DNA from: Bacillota bacterium
Lineage (GTDB): Bacteria > Bacillota > Dethiobacteria > DTU022 > UBA8154
Assembly (NCBI GenBank): GCA_030656575.1
Contig: JAUSPO010000030.1
Span: 1 to 61,297, forward strand
DNA: 61,297 nt
Direction of reading: 5' to 3'
Part shown: positions 1 to 9,606 of the stretch, piece by piece
How the letters are laid out: each line of letters starts with the position of its first letter
How positions within the stretch are numbered: the stretch's first letter is position 1
Translations under genes and position numbers: made by a program
The notes under the pieces: model-generated
Told to the model about the DNA's origin: nothing
Database searches by the model: none
What the model saw: only the letters and a program-made list of their open reading frames with translations

Positions 1-97
1 CGGGGCCTTTCTCCCGGATATTGATGGGTTGTTACCAGTGGCACTTTATCTTCCATCTTGCGATATTTTTTCTCTTGTGTTAAGTTATTCACAGCAG

Positions 98-188
98 TCT
101 CATTTCCGTTGCCGTTTTATTCTCAGTTTGCTTGCCGGAAACTCTCAGTTTGACTGCCGGAAACTCTCACTTTGCGCTGCCGTTTACA
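98..188. mobile_element. IS21-family-like terminal region (four ~22 bp tandem subrepeats ending in ...GTTTACA)
   Basis: Repeats TCTCA(g/t/c)TT...TGCCG at 98, 121, 143 and 165, ending in CA (reverse complement TGTAAACGGCA...). Multiple subterminal repeats with TG...CA ends are typical of IS21 family ends. Confidence 0.65.
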
Positions 189-531
189 CTTGAACAGAGT
201 TTTGCAGAAAGACGGCAAAATACCTATGAAAAATAAAGATAAAATAAACGATCTACTTGGAACAACTGAATGGGAAAATGAAATATACTATGAGTCACCC
301 CAAATGTCATTATTCGGAGATCGAGAAAAAGAAAGAGTTACTATAGAAAGTATTGGAAGATATGTTATCAAGAGATTAAAATTAGTATTTCCAGGAGTTT
401 CAGAAAAATCGATGGTACTTAGGAATCAAAACAATTCGCCGTTATTTATCTTATGTTTTGCAACAAGTAATCCTAAAGCAAGTAATATTTCGCTTAAGGT
501 AGCAGACCATATATTAACACATACATATTAA
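189..531 (+). pseudogene. 3' fragment of three-Cys-motif partner protein (TcmP-like), truncated by IS end
   Basis: LGTTEWENEIY...LRNQNNSPLFILCFATSN resembles the TcmP C-terminus. It lies directly upstream of DUF5131, and the 5' codons of the called ORF derive from the IS end. Confidence 0.6.
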
Positions 532-575
532 AATAGTTAACAAGGGATAACACTTATGAAAGGAAGTATCAAGCT

Positions 576-1299
576 GTGGCTCTAAAATCAAAAATTGAAT
601 GGACAGAAAATACATGGAACCCTGTAACTGGTTTGCACAAAAATTTCTGATGGGTGTAAACATTGCTATGCTTTTACTATGGCTAATAGGCTAAAAACTA
701 TGGGTAATGCCAAGTACTCAAATGGGTTTAATATAACGGTTCACAATTATTGTTTGGAAGAACCATTTAAATGGAAGAAGCCTTCTTTGATTTTTGTTAA
801 TTCAATGTCCGACTTATTTCACGAAGAAATTCCAGTAGAGTTTATTAAAAAAGTATTTGATGTAATGAATAGAGCTTCACGACATACTTTTCAGGTATTA
901 ACAAAAAGAGCAGAAAGGTTGTATGAGTTGGCAGATTATCTTAATTGGACACCAAATATATGGCAAGGAGTAACGGTTGAAAGCGAGAAATACAAAGGAA
1001 GGATAGACTATCTAAAAGAAGTGCCAGCAAAAGTGAGGTTTATTTCTTTTGAACCTTTGATAAATGAAGTAAATAATATAAGTCTTGCAGGGATTGACTG
1101 GGCAATTGTAGGTGGTGAAAGTGGGTATCGAGCAAGGGAAATGAAGCAAGAATGGGTTTTATCTATTAAAAAAGAATGTGAAAGTCAAGACGTAAATTTT
1201 TACTTTAAACAGTGGGGTGGATTTAATAAAAAAAGGAACGGCCGAATTTTGTTAGGCAAAACCTGGGATGCAATGCCTCAATTAACATCCGTGGGATAG
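576..1299 (+). pseudogene. DUF5131 (phage Gp37/Gp68-like) protein with +1 frameshift near 632
   Basis: GTG576 reads MALKSKIEWTENTWNPVTG and stops at 648. The +1 frame from 634 reads CTKISDGCKHCYA into ORF 679-1299 (FVNSMSDLFH, LTKR, SFEPL, GGESG, FKQWGG). Confidence 0.85.
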
Positions 1300-1385
1300 T
1301 ATGTGACCATAATGAGCAATTCAGGAAACATATTTATGCTAAAGCTTTTCTATTTATAGCTTTTTGGCAGGTTGATATTGAAAGG

Positions 1386-1756
1386 ATGAAAACAATGCCT
1401 ATAGTAAATATTTCTCCCGAGTTCTTCAATAATGATGCTCAAACAAATTTTAATCCACTAACTCTGCAGACCCAGGATTGGACTTAAAACAATTTGCGTT
1501 AGCTCCAACAAATATTCTTTTTGAAGGCATCAGGGGTACTGGCAAAACTCATATTCTTAAAATGTTAAGAGATGAGCGCCTAGCTATACCTAGACGAGTA
1601 TATACTGATCGTCACATGAATTTTGTAGCTGATGCTCTAAAAAATATTGCCGTAAGGAAAGAAAAGGAGGGAATACTGCTTCCAATATCTAGTTGCCTAC
1701 TTTTCGTGGCCAAAAATGCTGATTTTCAAATGGCCATTGACATCAGCACGATTTGA
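1386..1756 (+). pseudogene. Chimeric relic: P-loop ATPase N-terminus joined to a tyrosine phenol-lyase/tryptophanase-like C-terminal fragment
   Basis: Walker A GIRGTGKT followed abruptly by RLAIPRRVYTDRHMNFVADAL. The upstream ATG1386 frame stops before the P-loop frame. Confidence 0.5.
1706..1742. mobile_element. Second IS21-like end remnant
   Basis: GTGGCCAAAAATGCTGATTTTCAAATGGCCATTGACA; reverse complement begins TGTCAATGGCCA with a repeated TGGCCA. Confidence 0.45.
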
Positions 1757-2216
1757 GATGCTATAGAAATATTCTTTCTGTGTATTAGGGTTTTTTATGG
1801 GAGTGCCTGTCTTTAATCCAATACTGGGAATTATCGCAGGATTTTTCATTGGCAGAAAACTATATTACGAAAAAGCAGAGCCCCAGAAATCTATAGAACG
1901 ATTACAGGGTTAGTATTTTTACTGTGTATGTAATTTTTATATATCACTAACATCCGCATATATTGCCATGATAAACCCAGCCGATACCGCCAGAAACATC
2001 CAAGGCATGCTTAATAATACATCCTTTACGATAACTAGTCCAATGCTAATTGGCTTAATTTTTTTTGGGGGGGCGCTGGGGTTAGCTTTCTCCCAATAAT
2101 GGTTAACAAGGATATCCGCAATAGTTGCTTATAATAGATAAGCCAATGAAAAAAGAAGGAAATATTTTTCCCTATGTTGAATGAATACAACTATATTGTA
2201 TAAGGAGTGATGTGTA

Positions 2217-2762
2217 ATGCCTGATAAAAGAACAGTATGTTCTATTGCAGATTCTATAGTGTTTGATTATATTCCCATAAAAATTAGAAACGTAATCGAT
2301 AGAAATATCAGAATTTCTGAAGATATCAGAGCAGTTGTAAGGGGAATGAATGATGAAACCTTAGTAGTAACAAATAAGGGTGCCTATATCATAAAAAAAG
2401 GAGAATGCAAATTTTTTTCCTATGATAATATTCTGGCAGAGAAAAATGTCTCTAGAGTTTACAGAAGGGGTAGATTTGAAATAGCATTGGAGGGAAAGGG
2501 AAGGGTTAGGTTACCCGACGAGAGCAAAGAACCCGACTTTGGACCGGACCCTGTCCCAAACGTAGTTAATTTTCCCTGGTCGAAGGCTGAGTTATTTACA
2601 AAGGCTGAAGAAATCCTATCCATAAATAAAGAATTACATGATGCTAGAACAGGTCTGTCCAGTGAATCTAAGCTTGAAGAAAAAGATTTTGTCCAGGAAT
2701 TAATGCAAGAAATAAAAAACCTTAATGAGCAGCTGGCAAAATTGAAGAAAGAAAAGAAATAA
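2217..2762 (+). CDS. Hypothetical protein with C-terminal coiled coil
   Basis: 181 aa ORF with AAGGAGTG RBS; no family recognised. Confidence 0.65.
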   Translation: MPDKRTVCSIADSIVFDYIPIKIRNVIDRNIRISEDIRAVVRGMNDETLVVTNKGAYIIKKGECKFFSYDNILAEKNVSRVYRRGRFEIALEGKGRVRLPDESKEPDFGPDPVPNVVNFPWSKAELFTKAEEILSINKELHDARTGLSSESKLEEKDFVQELMQEIKNLNEQLAKLKKEKK

Positions 2763-2861
2763 GAAGAGACAGTAAAGCCTAGAACTGGGGTAGCTGGGGA
2801 GAGGTGAGCTCTGCAACCTCAGCCTGGATACCGGAGGCGAATATTTTATGGAGGGTATCTT

Positions 2862-3084
2862 ATAAAGGATTTCGAGAAACTTGGCGTGTTTTACCTCGGC
2901 AAGGTGTATGACTCGGATGGCGCTCAGCTGCTCAATGACCTGGTTCTTTACATCAAAAGACCTGACCACTCATGCCGTGATCATCGGCATGACGGGAAGT
3001 GGTAAGACCGGGCTGGGGATTGGGCTCCTGGAGGAAGTTGCCATAGACCATATCCCGGTGATTGTCATTGACCCCAAGGGTTGA
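2862..3084 (+). pseudogene. HerA/DUF87-like ATPase N-terminal fragment, frameshifted and truncated
   Basis: [16 protein letters not shown]...LVLY, frameshift, then [28 protein letters not shown]...IDPKG stop. Confidence 0.7.
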
Positions 3085-3162
3085 AAAGAAAACCATTGTC
3101 ACACATAAAATTCTATCATATTTGTCAGATTCAACCCCGGCGGGTAGGGGGCATTTACAGGC

Positions 3163-4779
3163 TTGAAAGGTAAGCGCTGGATCCTATTTTTTATATTGTT
3201 AACAGCAAGCCTACTGACGGCCGTTCTTTATATTATGCCTTTAACGCCCTCAGCCGCTTCAGCCCTTTCAACTATCTTTGTTACTAACCAGGGGCAAGAC
3301 AGTGGTGAAACCCATGTCCTTGATCAGGATCAGTCCAAACAGCTCATTAATGCCTTGCAGGGCACTACTGAAAATGAACTCCCTGAAGATCTGGAAGCTG
3401 CTTATGATATGACTCTGCACCTGAAAGGTTTCTTCCCGCGCCATTATCAGGTGTTCGTGACATCCTCCCGGGATGTATATTTAAGGCGCTCTATTAGCAG
3501 CAGGCTTATTCGTTCAAAAGACGCTTCTTTCTTTTATAGCCATGAAGCTTTCCATAGCCTTTACATTTTTGGGCAGATGCCTGATTTACGAATAGTAGCT
3601 CAGGATGAAGAAATATTTCCCCAGGTCCGGAAGCGACAGTGGCAGTTTCTTAGGTGGGACAACCAATGGTCTGATGGTAGGCTGCTGCCATTATCTGAAC
3701 CCTCCGAAAAATGGCCCGCGCTTAAATCTGCAGAGAACGATCTTACTTTTACTGTCGATCCTGTGCCTGACAGGATTTTTCTGCATGTGACTGATCCCAC
3801 AGGAAAAACCGTTTTTGAAGATACTCTTCCTGGTGGGCAGTTACCCGGTTTCCATCACAACGGCCTTTATGATTACCGGTTGAGCCTTTTTTGGGAAGAT
3901 GAGACTCAGCCGTACCGTGGTCAATATGAAGCCTATTTTTCTGTGAAAATTGAGTTGCCGCCGGTCTTTGAATTGCCGGGGCCCTCGATCGTTCAGGGAG
4001 AACTGGTTGCTTTTTATGCCCATCGTATTCCTGAAGGGGTTATGCCGGTGCTGGAGCTGGATATTGATTATCGGTTACAGTTTTTCCCGCACGAAGACGG
4101 ATATGTAGCATATCTGCCTACCCATTACGGCACCACCCCGGGTGAATACCTTTTAATCTACGGCCTGGAAGGAGAACCTTTAAAAGAGAGCACTTTGATC
4201 GTGCTGCCACGGGACTTTCACATCCAACACCTGAGTGTAACTCCCGGCATAGCAGCGTCAACCCAAAATGAAGCTGCCTATGAGCAATTTGCCCGTTATT
4301 TTCCCAAAGCACGGGAAACCAGCGCAGATGAACGTTACTACAATCAACCATTTGTTCTGCCTGTTTCAGGCCGACTGACCACTGAATTCGGGGAAACACG
4401 TTATGTGAACAATGCACCCACATCGTCACGCCATTCAGGTTTGGACATTGCTGCCCCCACCGGCACGCAAATCGTTGCCACTAATAATGGCCGCGTGACA
4501 CTGGCGATGGATTTAATCCTTACCGGTAATACTATAGTAATAGATCACGGCCAGGGGCTATTCAGCGTTTACTTTCATATGCATGAGCTTTTTACAGAAG
4601 AAGGGCAGTTGGTAGAACGGGGAGAAACTGTAGGCACTGTAGGTTCCACCGGCTTCTCCACGGGGCCTCATCTGCACTTTACTATGTCTTACTACCAGCA
4701 CAACTTAGAACCTGGTTATTTTTTGGTTGGCGAACCAATCACTTACGAAAACGCGCGTCGCCATCTTCGGGTACAATAG
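3163..4779 (+). CDS. M23 family metallopeptidase, exported
   Basis: N-terminal signal/TM segment; HSGLD, HGQG and GPHLH M23 motifs. Confidence 0.9.
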   Translation: MKGKRWILFFILLTASLLTAVLYIMPLTPSAASALSTIFVTNQGQDSGETHVLDQDQSKQLINALQGTTENELPEDLEAAYDMTLHLKGFFPRHYQVFVTSSRDVYLRRSISSRLIRSKDASFFYSHEAFHSLYIFGQMPDLRIVAQDEEIFPQVRKRQWQFLRWDNQWSDGRLLPLSEPSEKWPALKSAENDLTFTVDPVPDRIFLHVTDPTGKTVFEDTLPGGQLPGFHHNGLYDYRLSLFWEDETQPYRGQYEAYFSVKIELPPVFELPGPSIVQGELVAFYAHRIPEGVMPVLELDIDYRLQFFPHEDGYVAYLPTHYGTTPGEYLLIYGLEGEPLKESTLIVLPRDFHIQHLSVTPGIAASTQNEAAYEQFARYFPKARETSADERYYNQPFVLPVSGRLTTEFGETRYVNNAPTSSRHSGLDIAAPTGTQIVATNNGRVTLAMDLILTGNTIVIDHGQGLFSVYFHMHELFTEEGQLVERGETVGTVGSTGFSTGPHLHFTMSYYQHNLEPGYFLVGEPITYENARRHLRVQ

Positions 4780-4796
4780 CCTGGCTAAGGAAGAAA

Positions 4797-4839
4797 ATGA
4801 CAGAGGGGAAGTTGACAGGTACCCCGTCCCCTTGTCATT
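4797..4839. repeat. REP-like intergenic hairpin (TGACAGAGGGGA...CCGTCCCCTTGTCA)
   Basis: Imperfect inverted repeat sharing CCGTCCCC with the elements at 31.9 kb and 57.3 kb. Confidence 0.5.
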
Positions 4840-4890
4840 TATGTTCCCTCAAATACGACAGATAAAAAGCTGTAAAGGAAAGTAAAGATT

Positions 4891-5229
4891 ATGAATGTAC
4901 AAATATATGGTATTAAAAGATGTTTTGATACTAAAAAAGCTGAGCGGTATTTTAAAGAAAGAAAGATAAAGTTTCAATTTGTTGACTTAACTATAAAAAG
5001 TTTAAGTAAGGGAGAATTGCACAGCGTTAAAAATGCTGTTGGGTTAAGCAGCCTAATTAACAGTAAATCAAAAGACTATAAAAGATTGAATATGGATCGT
5101 ATTTTTACTGCTTCTCTTAAAGAGGAGATACTTTTAAATAACCCCACCCTTTTTAGAACGCCTATTGTCCGGAACGGTAAAGAAGCAACAGTAGGCTATG
5201 AACCGGAAGTTTGGAATAGGTGGGAATAG
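4891..5229 (+). CDS. ArsC/Spx family protein
   Basis: IYGIKRCFDTKKAERYFKER...RTPIVRNG thioredoxin-fold ArsC-like signature. Confidence 0.85.
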   Translation: MNVQIYGIKRCFDTKKAERYFKERKIKFQFVDLTIKSLSKGELHSVKNAVGLSSLINSKSKDYKRLNMDRIFTASLKEEILLNNPTLFRTPIVRNGKEATVGYEPEVWNRWE

Positions 5230-5431
5230 AGAAGTAAAATTGGTCTGCGAAATGCAAAATGGTCTGTAAAGAGATACAAACGGAACTAACCAAAACTAAT
5301 TAACCTATTAGGGTGCCAAAGGCATAAAGGGAGGCGCCCTTTTTATTTCCCAGGATAACAGCTTTAGGCTATAATAGAATTATATCTTAGAATATTTAGA
5401 GAGAATCTCCGAATATGAAAGGAATGTTTAA

Positions 5432-7624
5432 ATGAGCAGGGTAGTGGTTTTGGCTGAAAAGCCTTCTGTTGGGAGGGACCTGGGCAAAGTTTTAAATTGT
5501 CATAAAAAAGGAAATGGCTTTTTGGAAAATGATAAATATATCGTTACCTGGGCCCTTGGACATTTAGTTACATTGGCCGATCCAGAGGAATATGATCAGA
5601 AATATAAGTCATGGCGGATTGAAGATCTTCCCATGCTGCCTTTTCCTTTAAAGCTTGTCGTTATCAAGCAAACTGGAAGGCAGTTTAATATTATAAAAGA
5701 GCTTCTCAATAAAAAAGATGTGGGTGAGATTATTGTTGCCACTGATGCGGGCCGTGAGGGTGAGCTTGTGGCCAGGTGGATTATAGAGAAGGCCAAAGTA
5801 AAGAAGCCCATCAAGCGGCTTTGGATTTCTTCTGTTACAGATAAGGCAATCAGGGATGGCTTCAATAATCTGAAAAACGGCAGGGATTATGAAAATCTTT
5901 TCGCATCTGCTGTGGCACGGGCCGAAGCTGACTGGATTGTGGGTATTAATGCCACCCGGGCTTTAACCTGTAAATTTAATGCCCAGCTATCCTGTGGAAG
6001 AGTTCAAACTCCGACTCTTGCTATTATTGCCGGCAGGGAAGAGGAGATTGGGAACTTCAAACCAAAAACCTATTATGGTATTGCTGCTGCAGCCGGTGGT
6101 TTAAAAATGGTATGGCAGGATCGCCAATCAAAAGATATAAAAACCTTTAACAAGGAAAGATGCGATAAAATTCTTGTCACTCTCCAAAATAAAATTGCTG
6201 AGATTGTGGAAGTAAATAAGGTTTACAAAAAAAGCTTTGCTCCTCAGCTTTATAATTTAACAGAACTGCAAAGAGATGCAAATAGAATTTTCGGGTATTC
6301 AGCCAAGGAAACACTTACTATTATGCAGGGTCTCTATGAAAGTCATAAGGTTTTAACTTATCCCAGAACTGATTCCAGATATATTCCCACAGATATCGTG
6401 GATACTTTAAAGGATCGAATTAAGGCCTGCGGGCGCGGGCCCTATACAGAAAAAGCTTTAAAGGCCTTAAAAACTCCCATAAGCTTAGGAAAAACCTTTG
6501 TTGATAATAGCAAGGTCACAGATCATCATGCCATTATACCTACAGAGCAGCCTCTTTCTCTTGGTTCCTTAAGCGATAAGGAAAGAAAGATATTTGACTT
6601 GGTTGTGAAACGCTTTTTAGCTGCCTTATATCCTCCCTTTGAGTACGAGCAGACCACAATAAAAGCTAAAATTGGAGATGAGCTTTTTATGGTTAGGGGA
6701 AAAACTGTTATTAATCAGGGCTGGAAGGAAGTCTATGAAAACAATTTTGAAGATGATGAGGATGAAAAAGAGGAGCTTTTGGAGCAAATACTGCCAGTCG
6801 TAAATAAGGGGGATAAATTAAAAATATCTGCTCTTAATCAAACAAAAGGAGAGACTAAGCCGCCGGCGCGTTTTAATGAAGGAAGCCTCCTTGCAGCAAT
6901 GGAAAATCCCGTCAAATACATGGGCAATGAAAAGAAGGATCTAATTAAAACAATTGGAGAAACGGGGGGCCTTGGGACGGTTGCCACAAGGGCAGATATT
7001 ATCGAAAAACTGTTTAACAACTTCCTCATCGAAAAGAAGGGAAAAGATATTTTTGTCACATCCAAGGCGAGGCAGCTTCTTGAACTGGTCCCTGAGGATT
7101 TAAAGTCTCCCGCATTAACAGCACAATGGGAGCAGAAGCTTGGTGCAATCGCCAGGGGTTTACTTAATAAAAATACTTTTATTAATGAAATGCAAAACTA
7201 TGCAAAGGTTGTAGTTAACGAGATAAAAAGCTCCAGAGAGATTTTTAAACACGATAACCTTACCAGAAACAGATGCCCAGAGTGCGGCAAATATATGCTT
7301 GAGGTAAATGGTAAAAAGGGTAAAATGCTCGTCTGTGAGGACAGGGAATGCGGCCATAGAAAAGGTGTCTCCAAAATAACCAATGCCAGATGCTCGATCT
7401 GTCATAAAAAGTTGGAGCTGCGCGGAGAAGGGGAAGGCCAAATATTTGTATGCGCCTGCGGCTTCAGGGAGAAGCTTTCTGCTTTTAATGAGAGGAAGAA
7501 GAAGGAGAAAAGCAATATTTCAAAGAAAGAGGCCTCACAATATCTGAATGAGCAGAGAAAAGCCGGGAGCGACCCGATCAATTCGGCCCTTGCAGATGCT
7601 CTTGCAAAGCTTAAGCTCAAGTGA
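5432..7624 (+). CDS. topB: DNA topoisomerase III
   Basis: AEKPS, ATDAGREGE, SCGRVQTPTL, catalytic TYPRTD, C-terminal zinc ribbons. Confidence 0.95.
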   Translation: MSRVVVLAEKPSVGRDLGKVLNCHKKGNGFLENDKYIVTWALGHLVTLADPEEYDQKYKSWRIEDLPMLPFPLKLVVIKQTGRQFNIIKELLNKKDVGEIIVATDAGREGELVARWIIEKAKVKKPIKRLWISSVTDKAIRDGFNNLKNGRDYENLFASAVARAEADWIVGINATRALTCKFNAQLSCGRVQTPTLAIIAGREEEIGNFKPKTYYGIAAAAGGLKMVWQDRQSKDIKTFNKERCDKILVTLQNKIAEIVEVNKVYKKSFAPQLYNLTELQRDANRIFGYSAKETLTIMQGLYESHKVLTYPRTDSRYIPTDIVDTLKDRIKACGRGPYTEKALKALKTPISLGKTFVDNSKVTDHHAIIPTEQPLSLGSLSDKERKIFDLVVKRFLAALYPPFEYEQTTIKAKIGDELFMVRGKTVINQGWKEVYENNFEDDEDEKEELLEQILPVVNKGDKLKISALNQTKGETKPPARFNEGSLLAAMENPVKYMGNEKKDLIKTIGETGGLGTVATRADIIEKLFNNFLIEKKGKDIFVTSKARQLLELVPEDLKSPALTAQWEQKLGAIARGLLNKNTFINEMQNYAKVVVNEIKSSREIFKHDNLTRNRCPECGKYMLEVNGKKGKMLVCEDRECGHRKGVSKITNARCSICHKKLELRGEGEGQIFVCACGFREKLSAFNERKKKEKSNISKKEASQYLNEQRKAGSDPINSALADALAKLKLK

Positions 7625-7652
7625 ACTCGTTTCAGCAAGCTGAATAACAAAA

Positions 7653-7685
7653 AAAAGCTCTGCAGTTAAGAACTGCAGAGCTTTT
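7653..7685. terminator. Bidirectional intrinsic terminator
   Basis: AAAAGCTCTGCAGTT-AAG-AACTGCAGAGCTTTT between convergent genes. Confidence 0.85.
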
Positions 7686-7707
7686 GATAAGTCGATGCAA
7701 ATTGTGT

Positions 7708-8013
7708 TTAGAAACGTGATCTGCTGGGCTGGTAGCAGTCTTTGCAATAAACAGGTTTTTCACCTGTTGGTTTGAAAGGCACTTCAGCAACCTTGCCGCA
7801 TCTGGCACATGTGGCTTTGAACATTTCACGTGGTGACCGTGAAAAGCTACCACCGCGTTGTCCAGAACGCTGACGTTTATTGATTTCACGACAGCTGGAA
7901 CACCGGGATGGTTCGTTTTCAAAGCCCTTGGAAGCATAAAATTCCTGCTCGCTGGCAGAGAAAACAAACTCGTTTCCACAATCACGACAGCTTAGATTCT
8001 TATCAGTGTACAC
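7708..8013 (-). CDS. Zinc-ribbon / CxxC-x17-CxxC domain protein
   Basis: CRDC...EQEFYASKGFENEPSRCSSC and CARC-x17-CKDC; GGAGG RBS. Confidence 0.9.
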   Translation of the reverse strand: MYTDKNLSCRDCGNEFVFSASEQEFYASKGFENEPSRCSSCREINKRQRSGQRGGSFSRSPREMFKATCARCGKVAEVPFKPTGEKPVYCKDCYQPSRSRF

Positions 8014-8135
8014 TAGATAAAACCTCCTTCGTTGGTTATTAGTCCCTACTTGGTATGGCTTAGTTCCGGAGGCTTTTACAAGTGTAGACCTGATTCATCC
8101 TTTTACCGAAGCCATCATCATTTCAAGACAATTAC

Positions 8136-8164
8136 ATTTTACATTATTTTTCTTGCATTATCAA
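8136..8164 (-). promoter_or_regulatory. SigA-type promoter of the zinc-ribbon gene
   Basis: Minus strand TTGATA-17 nt-TAAAAT. Confidence 0.55.
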
Positions 8165-8253
8165 GCACTGATTAACTTATGTTTAGCGCAGGAGAAGCTT
8201 TTTATACTTATTGGGGCAATGAATTTTTATAAATTATAAATAATTGCATAGAT

Positions 8254-9201
8254 TTATATCTCAATAAAATCTTTGAGCAGACAATGTTCACTTCTGTTTT
8301 CGCATGGGTCAAGACAGTAAAGGGGTGTTGACATGTATTTTTCGCCCCTGTCAGGAATAATTGTGACAACAACACCCTCCTGCAGGCCTATTGCCACCTG
8401 GACCGCCACATAAAAAGCTGCGCCGGCACTCATTCCGGAAAAAATTCCTTCCTCCCGGGCAAGACGTTTGGCCATTGTGAAAGCGTCATCATCGGAGACG
8501 TTTATCTTTTCATCGAGGAAGTCGGGTTTATATATCTCGGGGACGATTGCTTCTTCCATGTTTTTTAAACCCTGTATTTTATGGCATTGGAAAGGTTCAA
8601 CGCCGATGATCTTAATAGCTGGATTAAATTCTTTAAACCGCTGTGAGCATCCCATTAACGTACCCGTTGTTCCCATTCCTGCTACGAAATGAGTAATCTT
8701 GCCTTCTGTTTGCTCCCAGATTTCCAGGGCTGTGGTTTCATAATGGGCAAGGGCATTATCTGTATTGCCAAATTGGTTCGGCATAAAGTAACGTTCGGGA
8801 TTTTTGGAATATAGTTCCCGGGCTTTTTCAATAGCCCCATCCGTTCCTTTTTCACCAGGTGTCAGTAAAATCTCTGCGCCAAAAGCTTCTATCATTCTTC
8901 GCCGTTCTTCACTCATCCATTCGGACATGGTTACCAAGAGGCGGTATCCCTTAACTGCTGCGACAAGAGCCAACCCAATGCCTGTATTTCCGCTGGTGGG
9001 CTCCAGAATTATTTTATCTTTAGTTAGTTGGCCTGTCTTTTCTGCCATTGTAATCATGAAATAAGCAATGCGATCTTTTATGCTCCCTCCGGGATTGGTC
9101 CCTTCCAGCTTTACGGCCAAGGTTACCCGGGGGTTCGGGTTAAGCCTGTTAACCTTTATTAATGGAGTCTGACCAATTGTTTCCAGTAAATTTTCTTTCA
9201 C
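8254..9201 (-). CDS. PLP-dependent cysteine synthase (CysK/CysM family)
   Basis: NPGGSIKDR (PLP lysine), EPTSGNTG, GMGTTGT, PDRGEKY. Confidence 0.92.
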   Translation of the reverse strand: MKENLLETIGQTPLIKVNRLNPNPRVTLAVKLEGTNPGGSIKDRIAYFMITMAEKTGQLTKDKIILEPTSGNTGIGLALVAAVKGYRLLVTMSEWMSEERRRMIEAFGAEILLTPGEKGTDGAIEKARELYSKNPERYFMPNQFGNTDNALAHYETTALEIWEQTEGKITHFVAGMGTTGTLMGCSQRFKEFNPAIKIIGVEPFQCHKIQGLKNMEEAIVPEIYKPDFLDEKINVSDDDAFTMAKRLAREEGIFSGMSAGAAFYVAVQVAIGLQEGVVVTIIPDRGEKYMSTPLYCLDPCENRSEHCLLKDFIEI

Positions 9202-9414
9202 TCAGCTAGCACCCCCTGCATTTAATTCATCAAATTAGCGACATACCCCATTTACGTACTAATTATAACATACCTATGACTTTGTGTTTAAAATTATTTC
9301 AGCCTGTAAACATAAATGGCATAGGAAAAAATAACTTTTTTTATTGTTTGCGCTGGCATTGACATTGATCCTTATTTGAGATATCATTTACAATTAATTA
9401 AATAATTGCAGCAG

Positions 9415-9516
9415 TCCTTATCCAGAGAGGCAGAGGGAACGGCCCTGTGAAGCCCGGCAACCGGAGTTGTAAATTCGGTGCCAATTCCGTCAGGATTAAA
9501 TCCTGAAAGATAAGGA
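9415..9516 (+). ncRNA. SAM-I (S-box) riboswitch
   Basis: CTTATCCAGAGAGG-CAGAGGGA-CGGCCC-TGAAGCCCGGCAACC...GGTGCCAATTCC...GAAAGATAAG upstream of met genes. Confidence 0.97.
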
Positions 9517-9535
9517 GGGGATACCCGAGTATTAT

Positions 9536-9560
9536 CCTCTTCTTAGGAAGAGGTTTTTTA
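9536..9560 (+). terminator. Riboswitch expression-platform terminator
   Basis: CCTCTTC-TTAG-GAAGAGG followed by a T run. Confidence 0.85.
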
Positions 9561-9606
9561 TTTTTTTGGGAAGATAAGATTATACTAAAGACTAGGGGGA
9601 ATTAAA

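Noticed and set aside
1760-2150. Possible small membrane-protein gene remnants on both strands
   Set aside because: Hydrophobic stretches are interrupted by stops and cannot be assigned to any family.
7632-7985. 117-aa minus-strand ORF overlapping the zinc-ribbon gene
   Set aside because: Alternative frame; the 7708-8013 frame has the RBS and the family motifs.
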